Assembly: GCA_963741305.1 (NCBI GenBank)
Contig: CAVUHL010000003.1
Location: 4,403,973 to 4,467,972, forward strand
Origin: an uncultured Holophagales bacterium
Lineage (GTDB): Bacteria; Acidobacteriota; Thermoanaerobaculia; Multivoradales; UBA5704
Direction: 5' to 3'
DNA length: 64,000 nucleotides
Under the pieces are notes generated by a model. It did no database searches, was not told the origin of the DNA, and saw only the letters and a list, made by a program, of their open reading frames with translations. Shown in pieces: positions 28,931 to 38,012 of the stretch; the stretch's first letter is position 1, and every line of letters begins with the position of its first letter. The position numbers and the translations under genes are program-made.

Positions 28931-30277
28931 ATGTCCAGCGAATCCTCCATCGAGGCCCTGCGGCAGGCGCTCCGCGTCTCGCCGGAAAACCTGCCGCTGC
29001 GCCTCCACCTCGCCGAAGTCCTGTCCCAGGCGCAACGGTGGGGCGAAGCGGAAGCGGAGCTCCGCGAGGCTCTGCGGATCGAGCCGGAGGAGGAAGAAGC
29101 CAAGATCGAGCTGGCGCGGGTGCTCCACCGGCAGAAGCGCTCCTCCGAGGCGCTCTTCCTGCTGCGCCAGCTCGGATCGCCCTCGGACCGCCTCCGGGGG
29201 CGCTCCCACCGCCTCGCCGCCGATGTGCTGCTAGACCTCGGCCAGGTCGAGCGGGCCCGCGAGGAGTACCGCAAGGCTGTCGAGGCAGACCCGTCCCAGG
29301 AGGATGAGGCCTTCGCCGAGCAGATCGATCCCGACGACGACGACGATCTGACCGCCGGGCGCGGACCATCCCGGATCTCCCTCCGCAACGACGACGAGCC
29401 GGACACCGTGCGGATCGAGCCTGAGATGCCGACCATCTCCTTCACCGACGTGGGGGGGCTGGAAACGCTCAAGGAAGAGATCCGCCTCAAGATCATCCAC
29501 CCGATGAAACACCCCGACCTCTTCGCCGCCTACGGCAAGGAAGTGGGCGGCGGCGTGCTCCTCTACGGCCCCCCGGGCTGCGGCAAGACGTTTCTGGCTC
29601 GGGCTACGGCCGGCGAGGTTCGATCTCCGTTTCTGGCCGTGGGCATTCACGACGTGCTCGACATGTGGCTCGGGCAGAGCGAGCGCAACCTCCACGGCAT
29701 CTTCGAGCAGGCGCGCATCAAAAAGCCATGCGTGCTCTTCTTCGACGAAGTCGACGCCCTCGGCGCCAAGCGCACCGACCTGCGGACGAGCGCCGTACGC
29801 CAGATCATCAATCAGTTTCTGGCCGAGCTCGACGGCGTCCGCGGCTCCAACTCGGGCGTGCTCATCCTGGCCGCCACCAACGCGCCCTGGCACCTCGACT
29901 CCGCGCTGCGCCGGCCCGGGCGGTTCGACCGAGTCATCTTCGTGCCGCCGCCCGACTTCCCCGGCCGCGTCGAGATCCTGCGCCTGCTCGTGCGCGGCAA
30001 GCCGGTCGAAAAGATCGACTTCGAGCAACTGGCCAAGAAGACCGCCGAGTTCTCCGGCGCCGACTTGAAAGCCGTCGTGGACCGCGCCGTCGAAGGGAAG
30101 CTCATGGAAGCCATGCGCTCCGGAGTCGCCCATCCCCTGACCAACAAAGACCTCCTCGAAGCGGCGTCCAAGGTCCGCTCCTCCACGGCGGAGTGGTTCG
30201 CCACCGCGCGCAACTACGTGCTCTACGCCAACCAGGAGGGGATCTACGACGAGGTCCGGAGGTACCTGAAGCTTTGA
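28931..30277 (+). CDS. TPR-repeat + classic-clade AAA+ ATPase
   Basis: N-terminal TPR-like helices. Walker A GPPGCGKT, Walker B VLFFDEVDAL, and the second region of homology with an Arg finger (RRPGRFDRVIFVPPPD), characteristic of the CDC48/FtsH/katanin AAA clade. Confidence 0.8.
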   Translation: MSSESSIEALRQALRVSPENLPLRLHLAEVLSQAQRWGEAEAELREALRIEPEEEEAKIELARVLHRQKRSSEALFLLRQLGSPSDRLRGRSHRLAADVLLDLGQVERAREEYRKAVEADPSQEDEAFAEQIDPDDDDDLTAGRGPSRISLRNDDEPDTVRIEPEMPTISFTDVGGLETLKEEIRLKIIHPMKHPDLFAAYGKEVGGGVLLYGPPGCGKTFLARATAGEVRSPFLAVGIHDVLDMWLGQSERNLHGIFEQARIKKPCVLFFDEVDALGAKRTDLRTSAVRQIINQFLAELDGVRGSNSGVLILAATNAPWHLDSALRRPGRFDRVIFVPPPDFPGRVEILRLLVRGKPVEKIDFEQLAKKTAEFSGADLKAVVDRAVEGKLMEAMRSGVAHPLTNKDLLEAASKVRSSTAEWFATARNYVLYANQEGIYDEVRRYLKL

Positions 30278-31527
30278 TCCCCACGGGGGGATTGGAGCGC
30301 TCCTCGCTCCTTCTCGAACAGGGCCGCTTCGACCTCGCCGAGAAAGAGCTGCGGCGCCAGCTCACCGAGGACCACCAGGACGCGCTCGCCCATGCGCTGC
30401 TCGCCTTCTGCCTGCTGAAGCAGAAGCGGCTCCCGGAAGCCGAGCGCGAAGCGCGGGAGGCCGTGTCGCTCTCTCCGGACGCCTCCGTCAGCCACTTCTA
30501 CCTCGGCCAGGTGCTCGACCACCGCAACCGGCTCGATGAGGCCGCGGCGGCCTTCCAGGAAGCCATCCGGCTCGATCCCGAAGAGGCGGACTACCCCGCG
30601 GCCCTCGCGTCCATCCGCGTCCAGCAACGCCGCTGGGACGAGGCGCTGACCGCTGCCGACCAGGGCCTGCAGCTCGAACCTGATCATGACGGGTGCATCA
30701 ACATGCGGGCGCTGATCCTCACCCAAACGGGGAAGACGGACGAGGCCCACTCCACCCTCGACGACGCCTTGGCGCGCGATCCCGACAACGCCTTCACGCA
30801 CGCCAACCGCGGCTGGACCCTGCTGCGCGAAAGCCGTCCGGCGCCGGCCATCGAGCATTTCCGCGAAGCCCTGCGGCTCGATCCCTCGATGGAATACGCG
30901 CGCATCGGCATCGTGGAAGCGATGAAGGCGCGCAATCCGGTCTACCGTCCGATCCTGCGCTTCTTCCTCTGGATGGGGAGCCTGCAGGGCCGCTCCCAAA
31001 TGTGGCTGATCCTGGGTCTCTTCCTCGGGGTGCGCGTATTGCGGAAGGTGGCCCAGTCGCAGCCGGCTCTGGCGCCGTTCCTCTACCCCGTGATCTTCCT
31101 CTACCTGGCCTTCGTGCTGCTCACCTGGGTGTCGGACCCGCTGTTCAACCTGCTGCTGCGGCTCGATCGTTTCGGAAGGCTGGCGCTATCGCGCGAGCAG
31201 GTGCAATCGAGCAACTGGTTCGGTGGGGTGCTCGGCTTGGCCCTCGTGGCGCTCGCCGCCGGCCTGGTCACGGGATCGGAGACCCTGCTGCTGGTAGCCC
31301 TGGGCGCCGCCGCCCTGATCCTCCCGGTCACGGCGATCTTCCGCTGCCGGCCCGGCTGGCCCCGCTGGACCATGACCGGCTACACCGCCCTGATCGTGAT
31401 TCTCATGTCCGTAGCCCTCTACCAGGGAGCGGTCGCGGGCTTCATTGGATTCGCCCTGATCGGATCGGTGCTCTCGACCTGGATCGGCTCCGGGCTCTCG
31501 CTCGCCCGGAGCCGGTCGAAGGACTAA
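30274..31527 (+). CDS. TPR-repeat protein with C-terminal multi-pass membrane domain
   Basis: Likely TTG start overlapping the AAA gene's TGA (TTGA). ~7 TPR-like repeats, then 5-6 hydrophobic helices (aa ~235-415). Confidence 0.55.
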   Translation: MIPTGGLERSSLLLEQGRFDLAEKELRRQLTEDHQDALAHALLAFCLLKQKRLPEAEREAREAVSLSPDASVSHFYLGQVLDHRNRLDEAAAAFQEAIRLDPEEADYPAALASIRVQQRRWDEALTAADQGLQLEPDHDGCINMRALILTQTGKTDEAHSTLDDALARDPDNAFTHANRGWTLLRESRPAPAIEHFREALRLDPSMEYARIGIVEAMKARNPVYRPILRFFLWMGSLQGRSQMWLILGLFLGVRVLRKVAQSQPALAPFLYPVIFLYLAFVLLTWVSDPLFNLLLRLDRFGRLALSREQVQSSNWFGGVLGLALVALAAGLVTGSETLLLVALGAAALILPVTAIFRCRPGWPRWTMTGYTALIVILMSVALYQGAVAGFIGFALIGSVLSTWIGSGLSLARSRSKD

Positions 31528-31620
31528 AAGGACCCGGAACACCCCTCCGAGTCCTTGCTGTCCTTTATGTCCTTGTTGTCCTTTACGTCCTTTCAGCCTC
31601 AAACCTGCGCGGAGTGCGGC

Positions 31621-32123
31621 TCAAAACCCCTTCTCATCCGCCGTCGGCCCGTAGAGAGAGGGGACCGGAATGTCGTTGAGGCGCAGGTACACGGTCAACT
31701 GTCCCCGGTGATGAGCCAAGTGATTGAAAGCACTGTCGCGGATCATGATGTACCGCGAGTCCTCCGCGACCACCTGCCCCTGGACGAGCAGCCGCCACGG
31801 CGTCATCAGGTGTTCGTCGGTGGTCGAGGAGAGGGCCTCCCGCGCCTGGTCCAGGGCCTTGTCGAACTCCTCCAGGAGCTCGCGGTTCGTCCGGTTCTCG
31901 CGCGTCTGGTACTCGCCCGGAGCGGCGAGATCCAGATCATCCTGGTTGACTATGGCCGCGGCCCAGCTCGGAATCGTCGCCACGAGCGCCGCCAGATAGC
32001 CGAGAGGCATCGACTTCTCGTGCGGCTTCCAGTCGTCCTTCCCCTCGGGCACGCGCTCCAGCGCCTTGCGAGTCCCGACCGCTTCCCGTTCCAACTCGGC
32101 CAACAAAAGCTCTGTGATCTTCA
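31621..32123 (-). CDS. DinB/YfiT-like (DinB_2) four-helix-bundle metal-dependent protein
   Basis: ATG at 32123 with GGAGGAGGGG RBS. His-containing helices typical of the DinB_2 family (HLAHHRGQL). The N-terminal extension of the longer ORF is rejected. Confidence 0.65.
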
Positions 32124-32645
32124 TGGTCCCCTCCTCCCTTCTTGAAGATAGGCTATCACCTGCTCGACCCGCTCTGGGAGAGCGCCCGTGACCTCCACCA
32201 CATTCATCTCGAAATCCAATGAATCGTCCAGAAGAATCTCCTTGAGTTGCTGGTCCACGTCCAGCCTGAAGCCGGCGTCCTGCGACGATGGAAGATCGAT
32301 TCGGTCCGGCTCTTCGACAGGCAGAAAGACGATCAGATCGAGCGTGTCGATCGCGGCCTGAACGCGAGGCAGCCACTTTTCCAGATGAAAGGCGTCGGCG
32401 TCCGGGTGGGCAAGGAGGTAGCCGAGCATGTCGATCGGGCAGCGGTCGAAGATGACATCCGGCTCGTTCCCGCTCAGGAGCTCGATGGAACGTTCGAGCT
32501 GCAGCTCGAAGTCGAATTCATGGCCCTCCTCCATCAGGAGGTAATAGGGCTCTTCCACGGTCAGGTATCCAGGAAGGACTGACGAGAGCTCCTCGACCAG
32601 CGTGGACTTGCCCGAAAAGTGAGTGCCTGAGACCGCAATCCGCAC
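32121..32645 (-). CDS. P-loop NTPase (AAA_28/NadR-kinase-like ATP-binding protein)
   Basis: Walker A GTHFSGKST at the N-terminus. Walker B-like DLIVFLPVEE. 174 aa. Stop overlaps the dinB-like start. Confidence 0.6.
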   Translation of the reverse strand: MRIAVSGTHFSGKSTLVEELSSVLPGYLTVEEPYYLLMEEGHEFDFELQLERSIELLSGNEPDVIFDRCPIDMLGYLLAHPDADAFHLEKWLPRVQAAIDTLDLIVFLPVEEPDRIDLPSSQDAGFRLDVDQQLKEILLDDSLDFEMNVVEVTGALPERVEQVIAYLQEGRRGP

Positions 32646-32648
32646 GGC

Positions 32649-32957
32649 TCACCCGAGAAAGATGCCCGCCTGGATGGCAAGCACTGCCAGCATCAATGCC
32701 ACGAGAGTTACGATCAACAAGATCCAGTAACGAATCCGCAGATTGAAAACATACTTTACACCCGCGGCACAGAGCGCCGCGAGTCCGATTCCGCTCAGGA
32801 GCGGAAAAAAGTCTTCCGGAGACGGTTCCGCGGATGAGGAGATCCCGGCCAGCACGGAACCGTAGGTCAGAAGCTCGATCGCCACCAACGCAGCGACCAG
32901 GGTCGGCAGAACTGCCAGCACGCGAAGGATCAGGCGACGTATCCGCGGTTCCATTCT
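32649..32957 (-). CDS. Small membrane protein (2-3 TM), hypothetical
   Basis: MEPRIRRLILRVLAVLPTLVAALVAIELL... is hydrophobic. The ORF extension upstream into the repeat array is rejected. Confidence 0.35.
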   Translation of the reverse strand, partial: RMEPRIRRLILRVLAVLPTLVAALVAIELLTYGSVLAGISSSAEPSPEDFFPLLSGIGLAALCAAGVKYVFNLRIRYWILLIVTLVALMLAVLAIQAGIFLG

Positions 32958-33039
32958 CGCAACCTTAGGCCAGGGATCGTGCTGCGTCAATGGCGGCCCA
33001 GGCGTGCGCAGAAGCCATCGATGGTCGAGTTGAAGCCAC

Positions 33040-33455
33040 CCGAGGTCCAGCCGCAGCGCGCGAGGATCGAGCTGCAACCGCTCAGGCGTCAGCGAGTGCT
33101 TCCCGGGCGTTAGAGAGTGCCGCTCACGGGTTAGAGCGCTCCGCTCAGGCGTTAGCGAGCTTCGCACACGGGTTAGAGCGCTCCGCTCGGGCTCCAGCGG
33201 CAGTGCCGCGGGCTCGTGCGCGATCCGCTGGGGGTCGAGCGGAGCCGCCCGACCTCGATCACGTTCCGCCGGAGCTCGGGGAGCAACGGCTGGACCCCGA
33301 GTGGCAGCGGCAAGGGGTCGGGCGTAAGCTGCAATCGGTCGAGCGGAACCGCACGAGGTCGAGCAGAGCCGGCTGGAGCCTGGAAGGCAGCGGCTGGGAG
33401 TCGAGGACAAGCCGCCAGGAGTCGAGTGCGGGCCGCTGGAGGTCGAGCGGCAAAA
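33040..33455. repeat. Degenerate ~20-unit tandem array with 21-bp period (subfamilies TTAGAGCGCTCCGCTCAGGCG and GGAGTCGAGnnnnGCCGCTG)
   Basis: 21-bp spacing of TTAGAG (33080-33190) and GTCGAG (33320-33455) blocks. Located immediately 3' of the TIR-WD40-Roc gene. Confidence 0.7.
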
Positions 33456-33456
33456 A

Positions 33457-36400
33457 CTATCGCGTGGGCCTCGCGCTCAGCACGCTATCCCGCCAGCGAC
33501 GCACGCTCATCACGTCGAAGCGCTCCCCCTCGAAGACGATCTGCTTCACGGGTTTCTTGCCGTTGTCGCTGGCGCGCGTCAACCAGTCGCGGATCTCCAT
33601 CCAGCGGACTTCGCCGTCGGAGTTGCGGATCACCAACAGCACGGGGAATGCCTGGTCCATCCAGTAGCGGGCGTGGCGCTCCTTCTTGATCGTGAAGATC
33701 TCTTGACCATCACTTGTCCGCTTGCGTAGGTAGCCCTCACCCGACTTCAGCTGCAGATACAACCGCTGGCCGGTCGCCTCACCAGCATCCGACTTGAATT
33801 CGATCTCCATGTCGATGCCGTGGTCGCTCACGTTGAATTCGCGACTGATCTGCCCAGCCAGCGCAACGGTGGAGATGACATCGCCGACGAGCGCACGCTC
33901 CTTGCTCTCGCTGTCTAGCACGATCGCGGACTGCTCTTGGAGATCATGCACGCGTTGCTTCATCTCCGGGCTGGCAAACAGCTCCTCCAGCTGGTCCCAG
34001 AGAGGAATACGCCTCTCGCAATTCACACAAAGGATGCCCTGCTTACCCTCATCCAGCCTCCTCATCGCCACTTCCCTATTGCCTACAGGTGTGCCGCAAT
34101 TCGGGCAGACATGATGCCTCAGTCGTACTACGTCTACGGCATTCTGGAGCAGATGCTCGTGAACATACTTGCTGAAGATGATCTTCTCCTCCAGCGGAAT
34201 CGTGGGATCGAAGTAGACCTCCAACTCGCCCGCGCCTTCCGCCCGACGGGCCAGCTTCACGCCCAACTGCTTACCGGTGAGCGTTTTGAAGTCGGCGGCG
34301 TAACGCCAGAGTTCGTCCTGTTGGAAAGGTTTAGTGTGATGCAGCCGCACCACGAGCGTAGCGTAGACGTCGTCGAGGAAACCGCTAAACCGGTAGCTCA
34401 CCAGCACCGCCGGATGCCCCACCAACTCCGGGCGTTCGCGCCGGTAATAGCTCGGAAAGACCAGCAATGCACCTTCGCCAGTGTGTTCGCGCAGACAGAG
34501 CCCGCGCTCCACCAGTGTCTGGTGCATGGCCAGTAGGACGAACCGCTCCTCGTCGTCTTTAAGGCGTGCCATGGAAGAGTGGTACGTAAGGTCGCCGCTT
34601 AAGACTCGTTCTTCCGGCAGACAACCTCGTTCGTGTTTATCCTCGCGCATCGTCTGGATCACAGCTTGGGCGTAGGCATTGATGCGTTCCGGCTGCAGTA
34701 GCACCCAGCTGCCGAACTTCAGCTCCCATACCACACCGGGGCCGGCCAGCAGGCTCACCACTGCCTTCAGCTCTTCATCGGTGAATCGCGCACCTTCGCC
34801 GGACAATCGCAGCTGCAGCGTGTCCCGTAGCTCATTGAAGCGCATCAGCGCTCGGCCTGAGTCCTTAAGGTGGATGATCTCCTCCTTGAGCCGCTTGAAG
34901 AGCAGCGGCGAGGAGCGCCACGGAATATCCTCCCACCGGATGCCGTCGAGAATGGCTTGCTTGAGTTCCTCGCAACCGAGGCTGGTCTTGGCGCTGGTTT
35001 CCAGTAGTTGCAGGTAGCCGCGCTCATTTCTGAAAGCTTCGATCTGAGTGCGGCTGACGCGTAGGCCGCCCGCATCCACGCGCCCAGCAACCAGCAGCTT
35101 GGAGAACGCCTTGCGCGAGGCACGGGTGAGATCACGGTCCCACTGGCCAAGCGTCTCGAAGAGATCTTCCTTCTGGCCGTCGAAGACTAGCAACGCCAGC
35201 GCGGTTTCATCCATGTAAAGCTGGTGGATGAGCCGCTGGTCTGCTTGCCCACCGAAATCCCAGAGCCAGATTTCTCGCTCGATGCCGTCGCCTGCAGCCA
35301 CGGGTAGTTTCCACTGCGTCGCCCATGCGCCGACCGTTGAGTCGCTGGGCTGCCATTCTTCGCCCGCCAGAACCTTGGAAAGCCCCGTCTTACCCGCGCC
35401 GCTCTCGCCAACGAGGAGGACTTTGGCATTCGTGTATTGGACCTGAGCAGGCGCCAATGAAAAGGTGGGTGCGGTGGCTCTAGGTGTTCGCGCCTCAGCG
35501 AAAACCTCCGCCAGATTCCACACACGGACACTGCCGATTCGATCGCCGGAAAAGGCGCGGAGTTGGTCGACACTCCATGCCACTTGCTTGACGCTGTCCG
35601 TGTGGCCTTCAAACACGCGCAAACAGCGCCCCGTCTCTATATCCCATAACCTTACTGTCTTGTCTCTAGAACCGGATAGGGCATGGCGATAATCGGCGCT
35701 CCACGCCACACTCAAGACGCCTTGAGTATGGCCTTCGAGCACGCGCAGGCAGCGTCTCGTTGTCACATCCCACAGTCTCACGGTGTTATCAGCAGAGCCC
35801 GAGAGAGCGATACCTCCATCGGCCCTCCACACTACGCTCAAGACATCGCCGCTGTGGCCTTCGAACACGCGCAAGCAGCGTCCCGTTGTCACGTCCCAAA
35901 GTCGCAAGGTGTTATCAGCAGAGCCCGAGAGAGCGTAGCCTTGATCGGCACTCCACGTTAAGCTACGCACCCCCGCAGAGTGGCCTTCAAACTCGCCTAG
36001 GCAGTCCCCCGTCTGCAAGTCCCAAAGCCGCAACATATTATCATTGGATCCGGATAAGGCTTGTAATTTACTCGGGCTCCACGCCAACGTCAAGATGGTG
36101 CCCATGTGACCCTTGAGGATCTGTAGGCAGCGCCCCGACTCCACGTCCCATAGGCGCACGGTTCGGTCTTCTGAACCGGATAGTGCGAAACGTTGATCGG
36201 TGCTCCACGTCAAGCTCCTGACCGGGCGCATGTGGTGATCGAACACGCGCAAACAACGCCCTATTTCCAAATCCCATAGTCGAACTGTATGGTCGTGGGC
36301 ACCAGTGAGCGCATATTTTCCATCCGGATTGAACGCATAGGAACTAATCCCGCCCAGATAGCGAAGCTTAATTTCCTTTTCCTGAAACCGCTCGTCTATT

Positions 36401-36837
36401 ACCAGTGCTGTCAGCGCCGGTCGGCATGCTTCGAGGAGTTTCGCATACTCCTGCTCACCGCCCCAGGGCAACCAGTTGATGTAGGAGGATTGTGCCCGTG
36501 AGTCCTGAATAGGGGCCTTATCGAGTCGCAGGGAAATAAAACGACGCTCCTTGTTCAGTGGGTCGCGGAATCGGAACGTCCCGGCTTCCAACTGTGTCCA
36601 TTCGGACCCTAACGCATTCGCCGACATGCAGAGCACGAGCACGCGGGATTGCTCCAGCCCTTCCTCGATCTTCTTAGCTCGCTGAGCTTTCGTCGTGAGT
36701 AGACTGATCTCCCACTCGTCAAACAACACGCGCAACCCATCCGACCGCAGCCGCTCCGCAATTCCGCGAGCAACCTCCCTATCCTTCGAGCTATGGCTGA
36801 GAAAGACATCAAACTTGAAGTCAGTTGTCGGCGGCAT
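33457..36837 (-). CDS. Multidomain TIR / WD40 propeller / Roc-COR GTPase / Zn-ribbon / PD-(D/E)xK-like (DUF4365-like) protein; candidate NLR/ROCO-like defence protein
   Basis: Domain order, N to C: TIR (aa ~7-135, FDVFLSHSSKD...); seven WD40 blades (aa ~158-445, each ending (V/L)RLWD); Ras-like GTPase (G1 GESGAGKT 475-482, G3 DFGGQ 526-530, G5 SAK 615-617); COR-like region; Cys4 ribbon (CPNC...CVNC, aa 911-940); C-terminal domain with D1009-x-E1011-x-E1013-x-K1015 (IDMEIEFK) nuclease-like motif. RBS GGAGAA. The gene's GC (~55-60%) is well below its neighbours (~68-70%). Confidence 0.85.
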   Translation of the reverse strand: MPPTTDFKFDVFLSHSSKDREVARGIAERLRSDGLRVLFDEWEISLLTTKAQRAKKIEEGLEQSRVLVLCMSANALGSEWTQLEAGTFRFRDPLNKERRFISLRLDKAPIQDSRAQSSYINWLPWGGEQEYAKLLEACRPALTALVIDERFQEKEIKLRYLGGISSYAFNPDGKYALTGAHDHTVRLWDLEIGRCLRVFDHHMRPVRSLTWSTDQRFALSGSEDRTVRLWDVESGRCLQILKGHMGTILTLAWSPSKLQALSGSNDNMLRLWDLQTGDCLGEFEGHSAGVRSLTWSADQGYALSGSADNTLRLWDVTTGRCLRVFEGHSGDVLSVVWRADGGIALSGSADNTVRLWDVTTRRCLRVLEGHTQGVLSVAWSADYRHALSGSRDKTVRLWDIETGRCLRVFEGHTDSVKQVAWSVDQLRAFSGDRIGSVRVWNLAEVFAEARTPRATAPTFSLAPAQVQYTNAKVLLVGESGAGKTGLSKVLAGEEWQPSDSTVGAWATQWKLPVAAGDGIEREIWLWDFGGQADQRLIHQLYMDETALALLVFDGQKEDLFETLGQWDRDLTRASRKAFSKLLVAGRVDAGGLRVSRTQIEAFRNERGYLQLLETSAKTSLGCEELKQAILDGIRWEDIPWRSSPLLFKRLKEEIIHLKDSGRALMRFNELRDTLQLRLSGEGARFTDEELKAVVSLLAGPGVVWELKFGSWVLLQPERINAYAQAVIQTMREDKHERGCLPEERVLSGDLTYHSSMARLKDDEERFVLLAMHQTLVERGLCLREHTGEGALLVFPSYYRRERPELVGHPAVLVSYRFSGFLDDVYATLVVRLHHTKPFQQDELWRYAADFKTLTGKQLGVKLARRAEGAGELEVYFDPTIPLEEKIIFSKYVHEHLLQNAVDVVRLRHHVCPNCGTPVGNREVAMRRLDEGKQGILCVNCERRIPLWDQLEELFASPEMKQRVHDLQEQSAIVLDSESKERALVGDVISTVALAGQISREFNVSDHGIDMEIEFKSDAGEATGQRLYLQLKSGEGYLRKRTSDGQEIFTIKKERHARYWMDQAFPVLLVIRNSDGEVRWMEIRDWLTRASDNGKKPVKQIVFEGERFDVMSVRRWRDSVLSARPTR

Positions 36838-36852
36838 TCGATTCTCCGGCGG

Positions 36853-37173
36853 TCATTGTTCGCGCCTCCGGGCCGGCAACGCAGCACCGATTCCGCCCCC
36901 AATAACAGCTCCCACAACCATCGACCAGTGTACCGCGGCATCCCGCAAGCGAGGGCCCCCCTCCCAGGCGACAGGCGGGGCCATGGTCACAGTCAGCATC
37001 ACCAGGATCGCAATAGAATGTCCGACCACCCCTCCCCAGAAGACCCGGCGCCAGAGAGGCGGGCGGCGGCGCAACCGGTGTCCGAGTGCCAGAAGCAGCG
37101 CCGGCACCACGAACAACCCCACCAGCAGAGCCAGATTCTCCAAGCTCATGAGCGGGCCCTTGGAAAGAGCCAC
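36853..37173 (-). CDS. Small membrane protein (3 TM), hypothetical
   Basis: Hydrophobic 106-aa ORF. Its stop is 15 bp upstream of the TIR gene's ATG. Overlaps the PepSY gene's end. Confidence 0.4.
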   Translation of the reverse strand: MALSKGPLMSLENLALLVGLFVVPALLLALGHRLRRRPPLWRRVFWGGVVGHSIAILVMLTVTMAPPVAWEGGPRLRDAAVHWSMVVGAVIGGGIGAALPARRREQ

Positions 37174-37652
37174 AACCAGTAGCCGCTCAGCAGCAGGATC
37201 GTGAGAGCTACCGCGGCGGCATCCGACAGGAGGACCCAGCCGTCACCGAAGATCTCGCCCGAGTGGAGCTTCTCCAGGAAGACGTCGTTCCTCTCCCCCA
37301 CGTGCAGGACTCGGCCGGTGTTGAGATCCACGTCGACCTCCAGGACAGTCCGGTTGTCGAAGCGCACCTTGACGAGACCGTCGCCTGGACGGACATCCAT
37401 CCGGTCGATTCCGGCCGCGGCCACTTCCGGTCCGACCGCGGCTTCGGCGCGGCGCGCCAGTTCGGCCAGGGGGAGGGCGCTCTCGAAGGAGCCGGTCGGC
37501 GTGTGGGCGACGTCGGGCATCAGCCCGAGCGGGCGCTTGTGGTTGAGCAGAATTCCGGTTATCGAGACGAGCAGGATGACTCCGGTGGCCAGGAGCCCGA
37601 GCCAGAGGTGCAGGTAGAAGGTCCAGCGCGAAAACGTCCGCAGGCGGGACAC
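37146..37652 (-). CDS. PepSY-domain membrane protein (PepSY_TM-like)
   Basis: N-terminal TM helix of the PepSY-associated type (WTFYLHLWLGLLATGVILLVSITGILL), a periplasmic PepSY-like region and a C-terminal TM helix. Confidence 0.55.
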   Translation of the reverse strand: MSRLRTFSRWTFYLHLWLGLLATGVILLVSITGILLNHKRPLGLMPDVAHTPTGSFESALPLAELARRAEAAVGPEVAAAGIDRMDVRPGDGLVKVRFDNRTVLEVDVDLNTGRVLHVGERNDVFLEKLHSGEIFGDGWVLLSDAAAVALTILLLSGYWLWLFPRARS

Positions 37653-37694
37653 GGTCCCCTCCTCTCCCGCCGGACCTGGCCCTGACGGGCTTCG

Positions 37695-38012
37695 TCAGTT
37701 TTTCAGGCCGGCACGGACATCATAATGCTGGGAGCGCCCGTCGAACCGGGAGAGCAGGGCCCGCGCCTGGGGAGGGACCACCGCTACCTCGTAATCTTCC
37801 CCGGCGAAGGCACGGACGGCTTCGAGGGTGTCGAACCACATGATCGTGATGAATTCCACCTCCGCGTCCAGGCTGCGGCGGAGGAGTTGGATCTCGCGGA
37901 AGCCGGCGATCTTGCGGCCCTGGATGCCCTCGAAGATCTCGTGCCGGAGAAGCGACTCGTAGGCGTCCGCATTCTCCGGGGCCGTCCAGCCATGCCAGAC
38001 TCGACCGATCAC
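37695..38012 (-). CDS. ABM (antibiotic biosynthesis monooxygenase)-fold / Dabb-like small protein
   Basis: 105-aa ferredoxin-like ORF. Moderate-confidence fold call only. Confidence 0.45.
   Translation of the reverse strand: MIGRVWHGWTAPENADAYESLLRHEIFEGIQGRKIAGFREIQLLRRSLDAEVEFITIMWFDTLEAVRAFAGEDYEVAVVPPQARALLSRFDGRSQHYDVRAGLKN

Noticed and set aside
32958-33410. N-terminal extension of the small membrane protein ORF (253 aa) through the repeat array
   Set aside because: The translation is repeat-derived (ERSALTR heptads) and Arg/Pro-rich. Only the C-terminal 102 aa from MEPRIRR look like a real (membrane) protein.
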